NCBI GenBank assembly: GCA_945877135.1
Contig: CAMCQY010000004.1
Coordinates: forward strand, 1,584 to 65,583
From: Candidatus Kuenenia stuttgartensis
Lineage (GTDB): Bacteria; Planctomycetota; Planctomycetia; Pirellulales; UBA1268
Length of the DNA stretch: 64,000 bases
Reading direction: 5' to 3'
Part shown: positions 58,761-64,000 of the stretch, one piece after another
How positions within the stretch are numbered: the stretch's first letter is position 1
Layout: every line of letters starts with the position of its first letter
Notes under the pieces: model-generated
Told to the model about the DNA's origin: nothing
The model's input: only the letters and a program-made list of their open reading frames with translations
Databases searched by the model: none
Made by a program: the position numbers and the translations under genes

Positions 58761-59033
58761 TCAGCGTTGCTGCTGGTATTGCTCGACCCGCTCGGCCTTG
58801 CGAACCAGATAGGGAACGTAATCCTCCGTCGCCTCGACGAAGCGGGCGAAGGTGCTGAGCTGTTGTTCGAACTCCTCGGTGAATTTCTGCTGTTCCGCAT
58901 CCCGCCACGTGGAGCTGAGTGCCGCCAGCTGCCTTTGCACGCCGTGCATCTGCGACATCACTTCGGTGCTGAAGAAGCGGAGTCGGGCCGCGAACCGACG
59001 CAGTTCCTCAGGATCGACGATGACCTGTCCCAT
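58761..59033 (-). CDS. WXG100-like (ESAT-6-like) small protein (90 aa)
   Basis: N-terminus is MGQVIVDPEELRRFAARL. The central turn STWRDAEQQKFTEEF follows the W-x-G/A..F pattern with D in place of G. The fold prediction is two long helices. AGGAG lies 9 nt before the ATG. Confidence 0.65.
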   Translation of the reverse strand: MGQVIVDPEELRRFAARLRFFSTEVMSQMHGVQRQLAALSSTWRDAEQQKFTEEFEQQLSTFARFVEATEDYVPYLVRKAERVEQYQQQR

Positions 59034-59300
59034 GATGTCGGTTCTCCTTCAGGTTGGACGGCCGCATCTCACGAGCGGTCCGCTGTTGGTCATCGTATCG
59101 CTTTCACCGCAAAGACGCACACCCCGAGGGGACTGCGGCGACCACCGGAACGGCTGGGAAAGAGAGCGGGTTGTCCGCCGCGCCGCTGTGCGATTGAACG
59201 CCCCGGGCGTACACTGTCGCGGATCGTCCAAGCGACCCACGGTTTTCCCCGAGGTTCTCGTTCAGCCCGTCATCTGCACCCCGTGAGGAGATATCGACCG

Positions 59301-60215
59301 ATGGAGCCCACCGCCCCCCACGCCCCAGCGGCGGCCGCCGGACGCCCGGCTGCTGCCCATCCCGGCCAGCACCCCGGCCAGCACGCAGCCCAGCAGCCCA
59401 GCAGCGAGGTGTCTACGTCGCCGGCTCAGGGCTGGCATGTGAGTCACCTCTTTTATCGGTTTGACAGGGCCCGGCTGGCCTTGCTCTCGCCGGAGGTGCG
59501 TGCCGAGGGGATCAGGCTCTTCTGCGAGGCGCTCGATCCGGCTGGCCCACTGGCGCCCACCCGCCTGCAGACCTGGCTCGTGCCCGGCCACAAAGCCGAC
59601 TTCGGCGTGATGGCGATGGACCCTTCGCCGCTCAAGGTGGACGACGTGCATCAGCGGTTGTTGGCCAGCCCGCTCGGGCAGGCGCTCGAGGCGACCTATT
59701 CCTTCGTGGGCCTCACGGAGGTGAGCGAATACGTGCCGACTGTCGAGCAGTTCGGCGAGCGGCTGATCGTGGAAGGAGAGACCCGCGACAGTCCGACCTG
59801 GAAGGCGAAGGTGCAGGGCTACGCAGGCCGCGAAGACCACATGCGGCGGGCGCGGTTGGAGCCCGAACTGCCACCGTGGCCCAACGCCTGCTTCTATCCG
59901 ATGAACAAGAAGCGGAAGGTGGGGGAGAACTGGTTTTCACTCCCCTTCGCCGAGCGCAGTCGGCTGATGGCCGAGCATGGCCGGACAGGGATGACGTTCG
60001 GCGGCCGCGTGACGCAGCTGATCACGGTGAGTGTGGGTCTCGACGACTGGGAGTGGGGCGTGACGCTCTGGGCCCGTCGGCCCGAGTTTCTCAAGGAGAT
60101 CGTCTACACGATGCGATTCGACGAGGCGAGCGCGCGATATGCGGAGTTCGGCCCGTTCTACACAGGCTACATCAGCACGCCGGCCGAGGTCCTGGCTCAT
60201 TGCCATGTTGCGTAG
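59301..60215 (+). CDS. Chlorite dismutase family protein (HemQ/ChdC-like coproheme decarboxylase)
   Basis: Has FYPMNKKR..ENWFSLPFAERSRLMAEHG and GLDDWEWGVTLWARRPEFLKEIVYTMRFDEASA. There is a low-complexity ~45-aa N-terminal extension. GAGGAG lies before the ATG at 59301. Confidence 0.8.
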   Translation: MEPTAPHAPAAAAGRPAAAHPGQHPGQHAAQQPSSEVSTSPAQGWHVSHLFYRFDRARLALLSPEVRAEGIRLFCEALDPAGPLAPTRLQTWLVPGHKADFGVMAMDPSPLKVDDVHQRLLASPLGQALEATYSFVGLTEVSEYVPTVEQFGERLIVEGETRDSPTWKAKVQGYAGREDHMRRARLEPELPPWPNACFYPMNKKRKVGENWFSLPFAERSRLMAEHGRTGMTFGGRVTQLITVSVGLDDWEWGVTLWARRPEFLKEIVYTMRFDEASARYAEFGPFYTGYISTPAEVLAHCHVA

Positions 60216-60268
60216 GCGAAAACGCGTTTCGGAAGATTCGTGTTCGGCACGTGACGCGCGGGCTTCCC

Positions 60269-60297
60269 GTGTCCCCTTGCTTGCGTTGCGGGCTTGG
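60269..60297. repeat. REP-like module (single copy)
   Basis: GTGTCCCCTTGCTTGCGTTGCGGGCTTGG followed by ATGAAAC. It sits between convergent gene ends. Confidence 0.65.
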
Positions 60298-60342
60298 ATG
60301 AAACGGAAATCCCGCGACAGGCCGCCCTCGGGACGGAACGGC

Positions 60343-61101
60343 TCACTTCTCCTGAGCCGCCGCCGAAAGGATCATCTCGACACTGGTGCCTCTGGGCGGC
60401 ACGCGGCCCTCGAAGGCGTCGAAGAGGAGCGCCTGGTTGGACTGTGAACTCTCGATCGGCAGGTCGAGCATGGCGGTCGGAAAGTTCGACAGGCAGACGA
60501 GGTCGCCGCCATCGGCCTGGTAATAGTCCTTGCCGTCGGAGGGATCGGTCCAGAACGCGCTGCCGGCGAACACCCACTGTTCCTGCATCGGTTTCCCGGT
60601 ACGGTTGTCGCGGATCCAATCCTGCGCCGGCAGCTCGTGGACGGTGCCATCCTCGTCCTTCCACCGCATCGTGACGCGGACCACCGGCCCGGTGGCGGCC
60701 ACGTAGTCGGGATCGAATGAGACCGGCTTCCCAGGCACGAGGCCGAGGGCCAGCAACGCGGCATGCACGAGCCGGGCGGTCGATCGCGTGGCCACGATCG
60801 ACTCATGTTCCTTGGTGCCCTGCGGGCAGGCGAAATATTCGATCGGCCCCTTATCGATCGCGATCTCGCCCCCCACGACCACCCGCTTTCCCTGGGCGTC
60901 GATCCAGACCTCCTCTGTCGGGGAGAGCCGTTTCCACTCCGGATGGCGATCGGGGGCCGGCTCCGCCGCGGGGTCGGCTCCACGGGCCGCGGGCGTCAGC
61001 ACGAGGAATGCCAGCACCGCAGCGGTCGTGATGGCCACGACGCCGCCGATCCGCAGCGGTCTGCGCTTCAGCGGCCGATTTCGACGCAATGACGGCCACA
61101 T
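60343..61101 (-). CDS. YdjY-like secreted protein (hypothetical)
   Basis: Has a signal/TM segment and the core PIEYFACPQGTKEHESIV...VHAALLALG. The family assignment is from memory only. Confidence 0.5.
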   Translation of the reverse strand: MWPSLRRNRPLKRRPLRIGGVVAITTAAVLAFLVLTPAARGADPAAEPAPDRHPEWKRLSPTEEVWIDAQGKRVVVGGEIAIDKGPIEYFACPQGTKEHESIVATRSTARLVHAALLALGLVPGKPVSFDPDYVAATGPVVRVTMRWKDEDGTVHELPAQDWIRDNRTGKPMQEQWVFAGSAFWTDPSDGKDYYQADGGDLVCLSNFPTAMLDLPIESSQSNQALLFDAFEGRVPPRGTSVEMILSAAAQEK

Positions 61102-61226
61102 GAGCGATGCGCCTGAGTGGTGGTGGGGTCGTGGATGCCGGGGCACCCGTCGAGTACGATACCGAACCTTCCCGGCCGGTGCGAATCCGAGCTAGGGCTG
61201 CACGATCCCCAGGCACGGATGGACCC

Positions 61227-63155
61227 ATGGTCACGAACACGTCACAGACCCGCAACGGCAAGCCCAAGCAATCGGAGAAGCAATCTGGAAGGCAATCAGG
61301 GAAGCGGGGGAAGGCTGCCGCCGACGCCATGCCAGAGGCCGCGCCGGCAGAGGCGTATGCACCGCCGGGCGATGCCGACGTGGGCGAAACCGGGGCCTCG
61401 GCTGCCGGCACGACTGCTGGGAGATCGAATGTGGCCCGGGTGCCGGCCAAGGTGGGGGCCGGGGCGGCGAGCCGAAAGATTCTTGCGATCGCCGACGTGA
61501 GCGAGTCGCTCGACGTCCGTCGCCGCCTGCGACGGCTTGCCAAGCAGATAGAACGTCGCTCGCACGACATGCAACACATGACGCTCATCGAGGGCGCGAT
61601 CAGCGATTGCCTCGACGACGCTGCCGCGACGACGGCCGACCGCGAACGGTGGCTCATGTGTGAGGCGGCCACCTGGGGGCTGGCCTGGATGGCGCGGACG
61701 CGTCGGGCTGGAGGGTCGGCCGGTGGCCTGCTCGAACGGCTCGTGAAGTCCGCCCGGTCGGCGCAGGCTCCGCTCGCGGCGGGCGACACGCGTTCGGCCC
61801 GATTCGTGCTGGCGTTGTCACGTCTGTTCTGCGACGTCGAAGCCTGCCGCTGCCTCGACCGCGATGCCGTCGCAGCCCTCGGCGATGAGATCCGCCGGCT
61901 GGTCTCGGCCGAGGGAACCGTCAGCCTGCAGGGTTCGGCGGCGATGGTCGAGCGGGTGGTGCGGTGGAGTGCGGTGCGGGACGTCGGGCTGGCGACCGGT
62001 TCTCTGCCGTGGAGCGAGCCCACCGAGAAACTCTTCGCGCAGTCGGTGGCCACGACGCTCCGCCTGCTTGGCGGCCAGGGGCGAATGCTGAAGGGGGCGG
62101 GGCGGATGCCGGCGGCGTTCGCCGATCCGGTGCTGGCCGTGGCGGCGGAATCTCGCCGCAAGCGGGTGCGACACACCGCCGAAGCGATGCAGGGGCCGGG
62201 GCAGTCCCGTGCTGCTGGAGGTCGAAAGAAGAAGGACGAGAAGCACGAGCGGCTGCTGTCGCGTGATCTGCACGATGCGACGGCGGCGATCGCGATCCTC
62301 CGGTCAGGATGGGAGCGGAACGCGATCCGCGTGCTGATTGAATACCGCGACGCCGTGCCGCATCTGGAGATCGCGGTTGGCGACCGATTGCTCGTCGATG
62401 GCCCGTGGCATTGGCAGGCCTCGAAGGGAGGACGACCGCTCGAGATGGAAGGGCCGTGGAGCGTCTCCTGCTGGGAATCGGACAAGAAAGCGACCTATCT
62501 GGAGATCATCGCGCCGCTCGCCGGCGGCATGCAGATCGACCGGCAGATCGTCCTCGTCCCACGTGACCGCATCGTGCTGCTGGCCGACGCCATCACGCTC
62601 CAGACCGGGGAACGGGCTGAAGATCAGGGCGGCGACGCTCGTCCCGAACTGCTGTGGAGCCATGCCCACGGCGGGCTGCGGGTGGAGTCGGTGGTGCCGC
62701 TGGCCGCCTCACTCGAGGGCGTGCAGGCCGAAGAAACCCGCGAGGTCGTCGTCTCCGACACAAAGCCGCGGCTCATGGCGCTGCCGCTGGCGCTGCCAGA
62801 GTGGAAGACCGCCGGCCGTGGCAGTTTTGCGATCACTTCTGATGGGCTTGCGCTCGATCATCAGACTGCCGGCAGCCGCTGCTACTCGCCGCTCTGGCTC
62901 GACCTCGAGCCGGCGCGGCAGGGGCGGCCACTCACCTGGCGGCAGCTCACGGTGGCCGACACCCGGCAGAATCTTCCGCCTCATCAGGCCGCCGGATTCC
63001 GCGTGCAAGAAGGGCTGGAACAGTGGCTCGTGTACCGCACGCTCGACGAGCCGCGGAATCGCACGGTGATTGGCTGCAATATCGCATGTGGATTTCTCAT
63101 AGGCCGTATCAAAGAGACGGGCGTCGTCGATCGGGACATCGAGATTCACGAGTAG
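61227..63155 (+). CDS. Large hypothetical protein, possibly heparinase II/III-like
   Basis: Lys/Ser/Gln-rich N-terminus followed by a helical region. The C-terminal segment (ILRSGWERNAIRVLIEYRD..HLEIAVGDRLLVDGP) is reminiscent of heparinase II/III C-domains. This is weak. Confidence 0.35.
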   Translation: MVTNTSQTRNGKPKQSEKQSGRQSGKRGKAAADAMPEAAPAEAYAPPGDADVGETGASAAGTTAGRSNVARVPAKVGAGAASRKILAIADVSESLDVRRRLRRLAKQIERRSHDMQHMTLIEGAISDCLDDAAATTADRERWLMCEAATWGLAWMARTRRAGGSAGGLLERLVKSARSAQAPLAAGDTRSARFVLALSRLFCDVEACRCLDRDAVAALGDEIRRLVSAEGTVSLQGSAAMVERVVRWSAVRDVGLATGSLPWSEPTEKLFAQSVATTLRLLGGQGRMLKGAGRMPAAFADPVLAVAAESRRKRVRHTAEAMQGPGQSRAAGGRKKKDEKHERLLSRDLHDATAAIAILRSGWERNAIRVLIEYRDAVPHLEIAVGDRLLVDGPWHWQASKGGRPLEMEGPWSVSCWESDKKATYLEIIAPLAGGMQIDRQIVLVPRDRIVLLADAITLQTGERAEDQGGDARPELLWSHAHGGLRVESVVPLAASLEGVQAEETREVVVSDTKPRLMALPLALPEWKTAGRGSFAITSDGLALDHQTAGSRCYSPLWLDLEPARQGRPLTWRQLTVADTRQNLPPHQAAGFRVQEGLEQWLVYRTLDEPRNRTVIGCNIACGFLIGRIKETGVVDRDIEIHE

Positions 63156-63175
63156 CTGCTGGCTTGGGAGGCGTC

Positions 63176-63907
63176 ATGGCCGCCGCTGACGATCCCGCCG
63201 ACCGGTGCCGCCAGAACCTGGCGCAGGTTCGCGATCGCATGGCCGAGGCCTGCCGAGTGGCCGGCCGCAATCCCGGCGACGTGCGGCTGATCGGCGTGAC
63301 GAAATACGTTTCAGCAGATTCGACCCGCATGCTTCTCGAGGCTGGCTGCCCCGACCTCGGGGAGAGCAGGCCGCAGGCGCTCTGGGCGAAGGCGGCGGCC
63401 TTGGCTGATCATGAGGCGGCGGTGCGGTGGCATCTGATCGGTCACCTGCAGCGAAACAAGCTCCGTCGGACGCTGCCGCTTGTGTCGCTGTTGCATTCGC
63501 TCGACAGCCTGCGGCTTGTTGATGCGATCGAGGCCGAGGCGGCGGAAGCGGGGATCGTCTGCGAGACGCTCGTCGAAGTGAATCTGGCCGGCGATCCGGG
63601 CCGTACCGGTATCATGGAGGGAGATCTGGCCGCTGTCCTCGAGGCCGCGTCCCGCAGTCCGCATCTGCGGGTCCTGGGGCTGATGGGCATGGCGGCCGTG
63701 CCGGATGGAGAGAGCGGTGGCGCGGCAGCGCGGCGGCAGTTTGCCCGGCTTCGCGAACTGCGTGACACACTCGTGGGCCGCGTGCCGACGGTGACGGGGC
63801 TTCACGAACTGTCGATGGGGATGAGCGGCGACTTCGTCGAGGCGATTCTGGAAGGATCGACGCTGGTGCGGGTCGGCTCGGCGCTTTGGGAGGGGATCGA
63901 GGGGTGA
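63176..63907 (+). CDS. yggS: YggS family pyridoxal-phosphate homeostasis protein
   Basis: Has LIGVTKY (PLP Lys), WHLIGHLQRNK, and LSMGMSGDFVEAILEGSTLVRVGSALW. GGGAGG lies before the ATG at 63176. Confidence 0.85.
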   Translation: MAAADDPADRCRQNLAQVRDRMAEACRVAGRNPGDVRLIGVTKYVSADSTRMLLEAGCPDLGESRPQALWAKAAALADHEAAVRWHLIGHLQRNKLRRTLPLVSLLHSLDSLRLVDAIEAEAAEAGIVCETLVEVNLAGDPGRTGIMEGDLAAVLEAASRSPHLRVLGLMGMAAVPDGESGGAAARRQFARLRELRDTLVGRVPTVTGLHELSMGMSGDFVEAILEGSTLVRVGSALWEGIEG

Positions 63908-63915
63908 GCGTTCGT

Positions 63916-64000
63916 CCAAGCCCGCAACGCAAGCACGGGCATTCGGCCGGCTGCATCCCACGGGCTGCAAAGCGCCGATTCCCTCGCTCGCGCGTCGGGC
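63916..64000. repeat. REP-like element (two inverted modules, cut by the window end)
   Basis: CCAAGCCCGCAACGCAAGCACGGGCATT is at 63916-63943. GATTCCCTCGCTCGCGCGTCGGGC at 63977-64000 is identical (24/24) to 34562-34585. Confidence 0.7.

Noticed and set aside
57866-59033. A C-terminal YxxxD/E-type T7 export signal in the two WXG-like proteins
   Set aside because: I looked for it in the tails (…EDYVPYLVRKAERVEQYQQQR and …LSRASREVSDGNDS). No Tyr has Asp/Glu at +4, so I do not use the motif as evidence.
60851-62485. 544-aa minus-strand ORF overlapping the 61227..63155 gene
   Set aside because: Its Ser/Arg/Ala-rich composition is shadow-like. I chose the plus-strand frame, although neither has a strong motif, so confidence in that gene's function stays low.

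Overview
This is a GC-rich bacterial chromosome segment, almost certainly Planctomycetota. Supporting markers are an HX9DG/DUF1559 pseudopilin-like gene, DUF1570, YdjY-like and prenyltransferase-repeat proteins, an RRM protein, and murE-murB-ftsQ-like genes with no ftsA/ftsZ. Layout: (i) 1-6.3 kb holds a sugar symporter, galT, galE, a ROK regulator, and a DUF1559 plus lipoprotein pair. (ii) 6.3-29.5 kb is an accessory block. It contains nested IS3/IS407-type scars and one decayed IS copy. It also contains a ~13.6 kb glycan synthesis and decoration cluster: GT2, two GT4, three FkbM-type methyltransferase domains, an acyltransferase-3, a SAM-MTase, and a Dlt-like ACP/FkbH/MBOAT/SGNH module. The block ends with a decayed tyrosine integrase beside a displaced 3' fragment of tRNA-Met, a lone 6 kb NRPS (ligase-T-C-A-T-TE), and the intact initiator-like tRNA-Met. 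(iii) 29.6-53.3 kb is mostly housekeeping (trmL, ispG, rimO, pgsA, murE, murB, thiL, tsaE, cinA, two HtrA proteases). (iv) 53.5-59.0 kb is a tight four-gene minus-strand operon encoding two WXG100-like small proteins, a helical protein, and a 1459-aa EccC/EssC-like FtsK/SpoIIIE ATPase with three P-loop domains. I read this as a minimal type VII-like secretion module, and it is my top candidate for the undescribed system. The Dlt-like module is second. (v) The window ends with a HemQ-like gene, a YdjY-like gene, a large hypothetical gene and yggS. A REP-like inverted-repeat family occupies four intergenic sites. I saw no rRNA and no CRISPR array. All protein assignments come from motif recognition by eye, with no searches run, and start codons are approximate.
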